A stretch of 64,000 bases of DNA from Octopus sinensis. Lineage: Eukaryota. The translations under genes and the position numbers were made by a program. This document shows, in pieces, positions 52,577 through 64,000 of the stretch. Every line of letters starts with the position of its first letter. Positions within the stretch are counted from its first letter, which is position 1. The stretch is from the NCBI RefSeq assembly GCF_006345805.1, contig NC_043022.1:7502001-7566000 (forward strand), read 5' to 3'. Below the pieces are notes generated by a model that was given only the letters and a program-made list of their open reading frames with translations, was not told where the DNA came from and ran no database searches.

Positions 52577-53074
52577 ATCTATCTATCTGTCTATCTATCA
52601 TTCAATCTATCTATCAAGCATAATCCTATGAACCCAGAAATTGAAAACAGAGGGTTACCCACTTGCAAACAAATGTGGTAACATATAACAATATTGACCA
52701 AGGTTACCGTGGTCTTTTTCGTAGGCTTTTCTTCCCACGGATAAACCTTACTTGCTTTCCCCTTTACACCATATATCATAACACTGTGATACACGATCCC
52801 TATAGATCGTTCTTTTTTTTCCTCTTCCCCTTTTTTTCCCCTTTTTTCTTCTTTTTTCATTTCTCTTTTCTCTTGTTCCTTTTCCTTTTTTTCTTCTTTT
52901 TCTTCTTTTTATTTTTTATTTTATTTATTTATTTTTTTTAGTTCTTTTCTTCCCTTTTACGATCCCTCTTGATCGAAAACCTACGCCCCCCCCTTTTTTT
53001 TAAACCTTCAAAAAAAAGCTCTACCTTGTAACTTGTCCCATCTGTGTGCAGCCCTGTGTGGCCAATAAAGAAAC
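52256..53074 (+). mobile_element. Two Tx1-like family 3' fragments (52256-52437, 52615-53074) separated by (TATC)n
   Basis: Same GATCCC/GATCG hairpins, poly-T tracts and GCCCTGTGTGGC(T/C)AATAAAGAAAC end. Confidence 0.7.
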
Positions 53075-53524
53075 TTATCAATCAGTCGATCAGTAAGATA
53101 GGCTTGTGCGAGTCCTTTCATCCTCATTCGCAACTTCCTCAATGACACGCCAGAGAGTAGAGAGGAGCCTTTATGAAGCATTAGAAGTGTGAAAAGTACC
53201 ACCCCATTGTACATTCTCCATGTATTCTCCTCCCTTCAGAATTCAGTTATCTGATCCTGTCCAGAATTACCTCCCTTCCTTGAGTTAAAATTTTTTTTAC
53301 TTTAAGCATTACCCGGAGTTTCTGCTTAGCGTGGATAATCTCAGTTATGCAAAATGTTTGTAACCGCTGTATAGTATTTAATATATTCACATTCTCTTAA
53401 AAAGAGTTGTTGGTGAAAGGAGAGATTTGCAGCTGCTATTTCTAGCAGGCTAGGTGTCCATTTTGTATTTCCTTTCACCGGTTTCATTAGATAGAAAACT
53501 GCTTCTGTAAAATGGTAAGGAGTT

Positions 53525-53998
53525 TGTATGTATGAATGTATGTATGAATGTATGTATGAATGTATGAATGTATGTATGAATGTATGTATGTATGTGTATG
53601 TATGTATGTATGTATGTATGTATGTCTGTATGTATATATGTATGTATGGATGCATGCATGCATGTATGTATGTATGTATGTATATATGTATTTATATATG
53701 TATATATATATATATGTATGTATGTGTTTATGTATATGTATGCACGTATGTGTGTATAGAAGTATTTATGTATGTGTGTATGTATGTGGATGTATGTATG
53801 ATTATGTGTATGTATGCATGCATGCATGATTGTTTTTACGTATGTATGTTTGCGTGTGCTTATATGTATGTATGTGAGTTTGTGTGTCTCTGCATGTGAA
53901 TACATATGTGTGAGTATTTGTGTGCATGTGTGTGAGTCTGCATGTAACTATACATGCATGTATGTATACATACCTGTATATGTATGTATGCATGTATG

Positions 53999-54032
<34 letters not shown>

Positions 54033-54480
54033 TGTATGTATGTATGTATGTATGTATGTATGAGTGTCTGCATGTGTATTTAAATGTATATATCCATGTA
54101 TGCATGGCTATACCTACGTCTGCAAATGTGTGTGTGTATATATATTTATGCATATACATATATATATATAAATATATCTGTGTGTGTGTATGTGTGTGTG
54201 CGTGCGTGCATGTATGTTTGTATACATGTAAGTATGTATGTTCGCATGTACGCATGCATGCATGTATGTACATACATATGTATGAGTGTGTGTGTGTTTG
54301 TGTGTGTGTGTTTGTGTGTGTGTCTGTTTGTATGTTTGTACGTACGCATGTATGTACATACATATGTATGTGAGTGTGTGTGTGTCTGCATATATGTATG
54401 TATATATGTATGTATGCGTGTATGTATGTATGTATGTATGTATGTGTGTATGTATGTATGTATGTATGTATGTATGCATG
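53525..54480. repeat. (TATG)n/(TG)n compound microsatellite
   Basis: Direct inspection. Confidence 0.95.
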
Positions 54481-54797
54481 TACGTAACGCGCCCTTCGCC
54501 CCTCCGCCCTTCCCCCCCTGCCCGTTGCCAAACTCCTTCTACAGAAAATTTTTCTCCCTGACATCAGCATAAAACCGAATGCAGCACGAAGAACAGGCTT
54601 CAAGTTTTGCGCTCCACTGGTCTCTGCAAGTGGTTTGTTCGTCACTTGTTTTGAATAATCCACCAGAGCGGAACATTCTCGAATGCTGGCGAAAAATGAG
54701 AGCGTGTTTGAGTGAAGGCGAGCGATGGAGGAGCAGTGGGAGAAGAGCTGCCGCTTTTGTCTCAGCTTCTCTTCCCCTTCGTCTTGTTATCTACCTC

Positions 54798-54799
<2 letters not shown>

Positions 54800-54832
<33 letters not shown>

Positions 54833-56091
54833 CCCACTCTTTCTCTCTGTCCCTCACTCCTTCATATTCTTTCCCTCCTTCTTATTCTATATCTCCCTTT
54901 CCTTCCTTATTCTCCTTCTTCATTCTTCGCCCTCTTATCTCCCTTTCTCACTCTCTTCCTTATTCTCTCTTTTTCACCCTCTCTTATTCTCTCTTTCTCA
55001 CCCTCTCTTATTCTCTCTTTTTCACTCTCTCTAATTCTCTCTTTCTCACTCTCTCTTATTCTCCCTTTCTCACTCACTCTTATTCTCTCTTTCTCACTCT
55101 CTCTTATTCTCTCTTTCTCACTCTCTCTTATTCTCTCTTTCTCACCCTCTCTTATTCTCTCTTTCTCACTCTTTCTTATTCTCTCTTTCTCACTCTCTCT
55201 TATTCTCTCTTTTTCACCCTCTCTTATTCTCTCTTTCTCACTCTCTCTTATTCTCTCTTTCTCACTCTCTCTCTTATTCTCCCTTTCTCACTCTTCCTCT
55301 TATTCTCTCCTTCTCACTCTTTCTTATTCTCTCTTTCTCACCCTCTCTTATTCTCTCTTTCTCACTCTCTCTTATTCTCTCTTTCTCACTCTTTCTTATT
55401 CTCTCTTGCTCACTCTCTTATTCTCTCTTTCTCACTCTCTCTTATTCTCTCTTTCTCACTCTTTCTTATTCTCTCTTTCTCACTCTTTCTTATTCTCTCT
55501 TTCTCACTCTCTCTTATTCTCTCTTTCTCACTCTCTCTCTTATTCTCCCTTTCTCCCTCTCCCTCTTATTCTCTCCTTCTCTCTCTCTTATTCTCCCTTT
55601 CTCACTCTCTCTTATTCTCTCTTTCTCACACACTCTGTCTCTCTCTTTCTCACACACTCTGTCTCTCTCTCTCTCACTCTCTCTTATTCTCTCTTTCTCC
55701 AACTTATTCACTCTCTCATTTTCTTTCTCCCACTCACTCCCTTTCCTTCCCTATCCTTTCTCCTCTTCTTACACTCTGTCTTATTCTCCTTCTCTCTCTT
55801 ATTCTCTCCTTCTTATCCTTTCTCCCCCCTTATCCACTCTCTCCTTCTCACTTCGCTACTCTTCTTATTCTCCCTCTTCATTTCACTACTCTCCTTCTTA
55901 TCTTATTCTCTCTTTCTCCATCTTCTTCTCTCTCATACTCTCTCTTCTTATTCTCATTATTCTCTCTCTTGTTCTCTCACACTCTTTCCTTTATTCCCAC
56001 CCTCTCTTATCTCCCTCTCTCTTTTCCTTATTCTCTCTTTTATTTCCTTTCTCCCTCCTCTCTATTCTCTATTCTCTTTTTTCTTCTTACG

Positions 56092-56122
<31 letters not shown>

Positions 56123-56330
56123 TTTCCCTCTGTTATTCTCTTTCTCTGTCTCTATTTCTCTCTCTCTCTCCCTCTCTCCTTTATTTTCACTCCCTCCCTC
56201 TCTCTTTCATTCTCTTTCCTCCTCATCCTCTTCCTCTCCTTCTCCTTCATACCTCCCTCTCTCTCTTATTCTCTGTCTCCCTCCACCAGTTTTTCTTTCA
56301 CTCGTTTTATTTCCGTTTCTTGCTTGCATT
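54800..56330. repeat. Pyrimidine-rich minisatellite, ~24-bp unit TATTCTCTCTTTCTCACTCTCTCT, decaying distally
   Basis: Direct inspection; explains the 589-aa and 722-aa S/L/F ORFs. Confidence 0.95.
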
Positions 56331-56602
56331 TAGAACCATTTCTTCCTTTTCTCTCTGTATATTCGCCCTCATCTGTCTGTCTGCTTGTCTGTCTGCTTGT
56401 CTGTCTGTCTGTCTATCTGTCTATCTGTCTGTCGCTGCCTTCTTTTTCTCCCTCTCTCCCTCTTTCTGCCTGTTTTTATGACTGTATGTCCCTGTGTGTC
56501 TCTCTGTCTCTCCAGCTCTTTGTCTCGGCCACCATATCCTTTACTATCTACCAATTACTTTGTCTACTTCGCCCTTTCAGAAGTTTCTCGCTCTGTCTGT
56601 CG

Positions 56603-56698
<96 letters not shown>

Positions 56699-56889
56699 CT
56701 CTCTCTCTCTTTTCATCTTTCTTCTCTCCCTCTCTTTCTCTTTCTCTCTCTCCTCTCTCTCTCATCTCCCTCCTCCTCTCTCTCTCATCTTTTCTCTTCT
56801 ACCTGTCTTTCAGACTGTCTGTTTGTTTATAAAGACTATAAAGAGAAGAGCGCGCCTAAAGCAGTCCCTTGTGTTTTGTGTGTATTCCA

Positions 56890-57430
56890 CTGATCTCAGC
56901 TTATTGTGTTCTGATCACCGGAAATACTTAATCCAGCGCAGCAATTTACCCTCAAATTCCAAAATTGACTAATTTTAAAATGAGTGATTTGTGGTCGACT
57001 CTGTCGAAAGCTTTGTTGAAGTCAAGATGTATGACATCAGAGTTTGAATCTGGTCCCAAAGCTTAAGGATATCATCTATGCGATGTAAAAAAAAAACTGT
57101 GTTAACCCTTTCGTTACCAACCCGGCTGAAACCACCGCTGGCTCTGAGTACAAATGTCTTGTTTTCATAAGTTTTGAATTAAAATCTTCCACCAAACCTT
57201 AGTCACAATTTATGTTCCTAACACTAGCTGAATGATAATGAAGTTATTTTTACTAAATTCTTTGTTATATTTAAAGTAATTGAAAGAAACACAGAGCATC
57301 TCAAAATAAATACAGTAACGAAAGGGTTAAGCAGTCCCTGTCGCAGCGAAAGCCACACCGGTTGGAATTTAATGTATTGTGACTTTCCAGGAAGCCAATG
57401 ATTCTTGATCTCACCACCCTTTCAAACACT
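56890..57430 (-). mobile_element. CR1/Jockey-type LINE reverse transcriptase fragment
   Basis: VFERVVRSRIIGFLESHNTLNSNRCGFRCDRDCL|...LHRIDDIL...SDVIHLDFNKAFDRVDHKSLILKLVNFGI contains the RT motif LDF.KAFD.V.H. Confidence 0.9.
57106..57326. mobile_element. piggyBac-like MITE inserted in the LINE
   Basis: TTAA|CCCTTTCGTTAC ... GTAACGAAAGGG|TTAA. Confidence 0.9.
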
Positions 57431-57640
57431 TATAGTATTTACAATAGTGTTTTTTTTTAACGAAAAGGCACACTTATCTTAAAATATGGTTGTCTTTTAA
57501 AAAGTTTGGGTCGTGTTAGAAAAGAATGAACGTGTGTTGCAAAGATGAGAACAATAAATTCCCTTAGCAATTGGGAGGATTTGGATATACAAGGCAGACT
57601 AGGGATTTGCTGTGAATGTAAAGCAAGTTGGGGGTTGATC

Positions 57641-58130
57641 AATCCCGGTTGGGTCAACTGGATGAGTGGGTCTGCTGTTGAAAGATCTGAAACCGCATGA
57701 GACCCGAGAAACACTGATGATGATGATAATGATGACAGAGCATCTATGAGATGCATCTTGGACCACATTGCTTTTCTTTCAGTCAGCTAGATACATTCTG
57801 AGAGAATTCCGGTTGGGTCAACTGGATGAGTGGGTCTGCTGTTGAAAGATCTGAAACCCCATGAGACCCGAGAAACACCGATGATGCTAATGATGACAGA
57901 GCATCAGTAAGATGCATCTTGAAATGCATTGCTTTTCTTTCAATCAGCTAGATATATTCTGAGAGAATCCCGGTTGGGTCAATTGGATGAGTGGGTCTGC
58001 TGTTGAAAGATCTGAAACCCCATGAGACCCGAGAAACACCGATGATGATGATATTGATGACAGATCATCTATGAGAAGCATCTTGGAACACATTGCTTTT
58101 CTTTCAGTCAGCTAGATATATTCTGAGAGA
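57641..58130. repeat. Three ~163-bp tandem repeats
   Basis: Units start at 57641, 57805 and 57966 and are highly similar. Confidence 0.9.
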
Positions 58131-58749
58131 ATGGTATAATTTAATCAAATAATTCGCAACACAACATATGGCATTGAATTAAAAGATAGTCCTTGAAAGG
58201 GAATACATACATAATTATAATAAGCTATTGAAGTGGATTACTATAAAGTAGAAAAAGTAAAAAAAAAGTGGGACAAATGGAAGAAAAAAAATCCACGTTT
58301 GAAAGAAAATTGTGTGATTTGTAAAGTTTTTTAGGTGTGAAAATATAACTTGTTAATTAAATTCTAAAAGATTTGTATGTATAAGAAAGTTGATTAGAGT
58401 AATGCGAATTTAAGGAAGCTTAATATATTAGTAGTTTTAAAAGGAATTTTCTAGGTTATAAATTCAATAATTGAATTAAGATAATAAATGGAGCGAAAAA
58501 ATAATTGAATCATAGTTTAAACAATTAAATATGTGTATTTGAAGGTGGTTTTCCTACTGTGTACGATCCCCATGTTCTGGACTTATTGGCTGTAAATGTA
58601 TGTAATTAAGTTAAGGAATAATGAAGACTATTGCACCAAATGGCACACGCAATGAATGTTGCTTATTAAGGGCAATTTGTCTTTATATTTAAAGAAATGC
58701 AAAAAAAAAAAAAAAAAATTAAGGTAGCGTTCTTTCTTACCTTTTAGCT

Positions 58750-58958
58750 TTCGTTTGTTTGTGTCACTCATTGGACTGCGACCATGCTGGGGCACCGCCA
58801 TAGAGTTGTTGTCGAACAGTATTTATCTTAAAGCCTGGTATTTATTGTTTCAAGATCTTTTTGCTGAACCGCTAAGCTACGGAGACCGAATCGAGACAAC
58901 AATGGCTGCCAAGCGGTGATGGGCGACAACAAACACAGAAATATACACATACACATGC

Positions 58959-59010
<52 letters not shown>

Positions 59011-59143
59011 CACACACACAAACACACACACATATATATATATATACTCTTACTCACTTGCCCAAGGTGCCACGCAGTGGGACTGAGCCCGGAACCATGA
59101 GGTTGGTTGGCAAGCTACTTACCACACAGCCACTCCTGCGCCT
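58750..59143 (-). mobile_element. SINE family A (diverged, internally deleted)
   Basis: Tail, body and head segments are recognisable. Confidence 0.75.
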
Positions 59144-59265
59144 ATACATATATATATATTATATATATATATTTATGTATATATATATACATATATGTAC
59201 ATATACGTACATACGTACACACTTACACACACATAAACATGCACATACGCATACACACACACATA

Positions 59266-59545
59266 ATGGGTCATTCCATAAATAATGCGGTTTTTTATAC
59301 TTCTTTTATTTTTCAAAATTAAGTTAAACAATCCTTTTTCAACCTAAAAGTGATCCTATGGAGAGAATGAGTTCGCAATAGGGAATTATAAAGGAATTCG
59401 GTTTAAGCAAAATCTTGGTTACAAATTCTCAAAGATTCTTTGTGGCTTGAGCTGGAATCAATAATGCCAAACATTTCATCAACGCTTGTCAAGATTTATC
59501 TATTCTCTTGAAAAATTTAACTTCAGGACAATGAAAGAGAAAACT
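59266..59545 (-). mobile_element. Mariner-like terminal fragment
   Basis: After TA: ATGGGTCATTCCATAAATAATGCGGTTTTTT, which shares its core with the TIR remnant at 1646. Confidence 0.5.
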
Positions 59546-59944
59546 TTCACCTTTTCCTTGCTTCAGTCATTTGACTGCGGCCAGGTTGGGGCACCGCCCT
59601 GAAGGGTTTTAGCCGAACAAGTCGACCGACTTTAAGACTATTATTTAAAGCCTGGTACTTATTCTATCGGTCTCTTTTGCTAAGTTACGAGTACGTAAAC
59701 ACACCAACACCGATGTTTATGTGTCTGTTTGCCCCCCCCCCCCAACATCGCTTGACAACCGATGCTGGTGTGTTTACGTCCCCGTAACTTAGCGGTTCGG
59801 CAAAAGAGACCGATAGAATAAGTACTAAGCTTACAAAAAAATAAGTCCTGGGGGGTCGATTTGCTCGACTATAGGCGGTGCTCCAGCATGGCCACAGTCA
59901 AATGATTGAAACAAGTAAAAGAGTAAAAGAGAAAAGAGCACAAA

Positions 59945-60310
59945 GAAAATTCAACCATCCGTCCATCCATCCACTCATCCATCCATACATTCATACATCC
60001 ATCCATCCATCCAGTCAGCCATCCATCCACCTATCCATCCATCCATCCATTCATCCATCCATCCATCCATCATCCATCCATCTATCCATCCATCCATCCA
60101 TCCATCCATCCATCCATCCATCCATCTATCCATCCATCCATCCATCCATCCACTCATCCATCTATCCATCCATCCATCTATCCATCCACCCATCCATCCA
60201 CCTATCCATCCATCCATCCATCCATCCATCCATCCATCCATCCATCCATCAATCAATCAATCAATCCATCCATCCATCCATCCATCTATTTGCTCATCCA
60301 CCCATCCATT
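59945..60310. repeat. (CCAT)n microsatellite
   Basis: Direct inspection. Confidence 0.95.
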
Positions 60311-60319
60311 TATCAATTC

Positions 60320-60570
60320 ATTTTCTCCGCCCAGTATTCCTGGGAGGGTCGTTTTGGGGGTAGAGTCCCCAGACACTTCCTCCATAGGGATCGGTCAGAA
60401 ATAGCCTTCATTACACTTTCCGGCTGGACTCCCAAGCGTGGTCAACCCTTGGGTCTCATTAACGGTTCTTTCCCGCGTCATTCTAATCACGTGTTCGACG
60501 TAACGGAGCTTGCGGCCTCGCAGTGCAGAGATACAGCGGTTCGACCTGGAGAAGCACCCTTAGTAGCTGA
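60320..60570 (-). mobile_element. RTE-clade LINE 3' fragment
   Basis: Minus strand [16 protein letters not shown]...(fs)[15 protein letters not shown]...* matches RTE C-terminal motifs LRW.GHV.RM and DR..WR. It runs into a (GATG)n tail. Confidence 0.65.
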
Positions 60571-60939
60571 TGATGATGATGATGATGATGATGATGTCGA
60601 TTTGTGTGACTGAACTTATCTCGGCGGGGCCCTGGAAGGGTCGCAGTCCAATGTCTGAAAGTAACAAAGAAATGAAAATACAAATACGCGTAACAAAAGA
60701 AATGAAGACAGAGCGAACATAGAACGACTCGGCCCGACACGAAGATTGCATAGAATATATTAAATATATTTCAATGTAAAAACACACATGAAATTAATAT
60801 ATAACACTTGCACGTGCCGCATGCACAAACAGCTGCACTCGGTCGAGCATCGACAGCATTCTAATAATAAATATTACAACTGAAATAATAATTCAATACA
60901 GTTTATATTTTTATTTATTCTCATTGCATTTAATTTAAT

Positions 60940-61086
60940 TCATTATTATTATCATTATTATTATTATTATTACTATTACTATTATTATTATTATTATTAT
61001 TATCATTATTATTATCATTATTATTATTATTATAAAATAATAATAATAATAATTAATAATAATAATAATAATAATTTATTATTATT

Positions 61087-61129
<43 letters not shown>

Positions 61130-61203
61130 TATTATTATTATTATTATTATTATTATCATTATTATTATTATTATAAAAAAATAATAATAATAATATAATA
61201 ATA

Positions 61204-61245
<42 letters not shown>

Positions 61246-61308
61246 CATTATTATTATCATTATTATTATTATTATAAAAAAAAAAAAATAATAATAATAA
61301 TAATAATA

Positions 61309-61366
<58 letters not shown>

Positions 61367-61375
61367 TTTCTTTTT
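60940..61375. repeat. (TAT/TAA)n microsatellite
   Basis: Direct inspection. Confidence 0.95.
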
Positions 61376-61496
61376 TTTTTTCTTTTTCTGGTGAGTGGTG
61401 AGATCAACTCGAAATTAAAATCTGAAAGGAACAACAATGACATTCCTAATACGAAGAAATTGGAACCACAGCACGCATCATTTGATTCAATATTAC

Positions 61497-61532
61497 CCCA
61501 TGTTCCAGTGGGTTTGCCCCGCCTTCAGCCAT
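61497..61532 (-). CDS. Candidate first coding exon MAEGGANPLEHG (unverified)
   Basis: Minus strand GGTGCCATGGCT is a strong Kozak context; 12 codons, then a GG|GTAATA donor; unique sequence. Confidence 0.3.
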
Positions 61533-62330
61533 GGCACCAACGAATTCAATATTGAACGCAGGCAAGCTACGTCACACTCGCTCAAACACAAACACCGACA
61601 CCCTAACACGTGTGTAAGGGTGATGCAATAAATATATACCCTTATTATTGTATAATGTACCGCACCAGAGGTATTCAATGTCATATTGAAAGTCAGTGGA
61701 AAGGAACAAACTATTACGGGTACAGGGTAGATTGGTTGTAGCTTCTCTTGGGTTGGGTTGGTTTGGCATGGTTTGGCTTGGTTTGGCTTGGTTTGGCTTG
61801 GGTGTTTTGCTTTCCAGACAGAATTCATATTTTTAGCGGAACTGGAGGTTAATAGTATATATATATGTATATATATCCACGTGCTTGTGTGTATGTGTTT
61901 ATGTGTATATATATATTTGTGTGAGTGTGTGTATGTTTCTTTGTTTGAGTGTGTGTGTGTGTGTGTGCATTTGTGTGCTGTCTTTTGTGTGTGTGTGTGT
62001 GTGTGTGCGTGCGTGCCTGCTTCTATATATCTGTGGTTGGAAATGTATGATGTATGTACAGAGTCTATTCCCAAAATAGACACGCAGATCAATACATACA
62101 ACTGCATGTAAACTTACATATACACACATATGCACCCATACATACATACACACACACACACATATATATATATATAAATACACATATACATCTGTGTGTA
62201 TGTGGGTGTGTGCACATATATACATCATACATGAATAAACACGTTACAGACCTATATACAAACATGCACAATTATGAAAGCATACAGCATACATAGAAAC
62301 GTGCATATATATGTATGTACTGCATATATA

Positions 62331-62491
62331 GGCGCAGGAGTGGCTGTGTGGTAAGAAGCCTGCTTCCCAGCCACATGGTTTACTGGTTCAGTCCCACCGT
62401 GCAGTACCTTGGGTAAGCGTCTTCTACTATAACCTAGGGCCGACCAAAGCCTTGTGAGTGTATTTGCTAGACGGAAACTGAAAGACTGCTG

Positions 62492-62525
<34 letters not shown>

Positions 62526-62541
62526 AATTATAGATAGATAT

Positions 62542-62588
<47 letters not shown>

Positions 62589-62800
62589 TAGATATATATA
62601 TGTGTGTGTGTGTGTTTGTCCCCCCACCATCGATTGACAACTGATGTTGATGTGTTTACGTCTCCGTTACTAAGCGGTTCAGCAAAAGAAACCGATAGAA
62701 TAAGTACTAGGCTTACGAAAAATAAGTCCTGGGGTCGATTTGTTCGACTAAAAGGCAGTGCTCCAGCATGGCCGCAGTCAAACGACTGAAACAAATAAAA
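62331..62800 (+). mobile_element. SINE family A, full length
   Basis: GGCGCAGGAGTGGCTGTGTGGTAAG head, GGTTCAGTCCC B-box, CORE-like block, internal (TA)/(GATA)n and tail. Confidence 0.9.
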
Positions 62801-63570
62801 TAATACATATGTATGTATATATGTGTGTGTGTATGTACACACACACATATATATATACATCTCTCTCTCTCTTTCCATATATATCTATTATATTATTACA
62901 CTTGCGTCAGAAATTAATTAGCAAGTCTCAAATTTCTACATTAAATAGGTTAAATCAATTAACTATGAGCTGTTCAAAACGTCTTACGCGATGAGAAAAC
63001 TTAGTATGGTGTGATTTCGGTCCTTGCGAGGCACTACCTATATCTATAAACAAAGGAGATTTGTCTGCATCCGCACTCCAATTGTTGTTGCACTGCTATG
63101 TCAACATCATAAGGCTGTAGACTCTCAAAATGCTCTGCAAACAAAGTTACGTCATCGTTCTGCGCAACAGTGAACTCGCAACAAAAAGCAATAGTTCGAG
63201 ATATGGCCATAGGTGACAGCACATACTTGAGTGAAGAGCAATCAAGGGTGCTAATTAATTTCTGACGGTAGTGTATATATATATATACATACAAGAGTAC
63301 ATCAAGTTATTTTGATAAGTGGTTCCAAGACATGCGACTTCAATCGAAAAACTAGGTAACACGAAAACCATTTCAAAAATATTATTAGCTTATATCTGTT
63401 TTCATAAATTCTTTCTCCATATTTTCGCGTTTATTGCAGGTGATTCTTTCATTTCAGCATTGATCTTTGTGTTATTATTTTTTTCTTAAATTTCATTTTT
63501 TTATAATATGCTTACTGAGACCGACATAAGGTTGGATAAAGTAACTGAAGTTGAGGTTTATCATTTTCAG

Positions 63571-63616
63571 AGAAGAAAAACGACGTAAGGTCGAACAAGA
63601 CGTACCTCGAAAGAAC
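63571..63616 (+). CDS. Candidate internal exon (x)EEKRRKVEQDVPRKN (unverified)
   Basis: TTTATCATTTTCAG acceptor, 46 nt open reading, AAC|GTATGT donor. Confidence 0.3.
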
Positions 63617-63933
63617 GTATGTTGAGCGATGCTTATACGAAATCGACTTTCTGGACACTTATGTTCCGGTTACTCTTATAATCTGCAGTAATTAACGCTA
63701 ATGTGCGGGTACCTGAATTTAATTATTTAAATAAATTTTACATTTATTTGAATTAGAGCATGTTGATTAAGGTGACCACCACTTTTCGAAAGAAAAATCA
63801 AATATCCGGAACGGCTTAGGAGCAAAATGGTCCGGAAAATCGATCTTGTATATGTATATGTGTGTGTATGTGTGCACACGTCTATGCGTGTGTGAGTATA
63901 CACATACACATAGTTACACACACACATACATAT

Positions 63934-63966
<33 letters not shown>

Positions 63967-64000
63967 GGACCGGCTTCTACCAAATCCACTCACAAGGCTT

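Noticed and set aside
54712-56893. Longest ORFs (589 and 722 aa)
   Set aside because: They are translations of a stop-free pyrimidine minisatellite (S/L/F only) with no domain content.
57457-57768. 103-aa minus-strand ORF
   Set aside because: It starts inside the 163-bp tandem repeat and shows no recognisable motif; not clearly continuous with the adjacent RT.
60290-60613. Plus-strand ORF with a good-looking acceptor (SWEGRFGG...DDDD)
   Set aside because: The minus strand carries RTE LINE motifs, so the ORF is best explained as antisense to a LINE fragment.

Overview
Eukaryotic, AT-rich, repeat-dominated DNA. The SINE families and dense compound microsatellites resemble those of Octopus/coleoid cephalopod genomes; this is inferred from sequence character, not from a database search. 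No intact protein-coding gene can be supported, and almost all ORFs in the track are artefacts of (CA)n, (TATG)n, (TATC)n or (TC)n repeats. What is supported: four tRNA-derived SINE families; TC...CTAG non-autonomous Helitrons; several MITEs; decayed transposases (mariner, hAT, possibly THAP); 3' fragments of non-LTR retrotransposons (Tx1-like, RTE, CR1-type, two restriction-like-endonuclease [RLE] families); and a Penelope-like remnant with adjacent minimal hammerhead ribozyme motifs. The most unusual segment is a ~1.9 kb microsatellite-free island (22.0-23.9 kb). It has three ~143-bp repeats, each carrying a hairpin plus GATTTGAACTGT, upstream of a decayed ORF of unknown origin, possibly virus- or Maverick-like. 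A few isolated exon and promoter candidates suggest the window may overlap real genes, but these are unproven.
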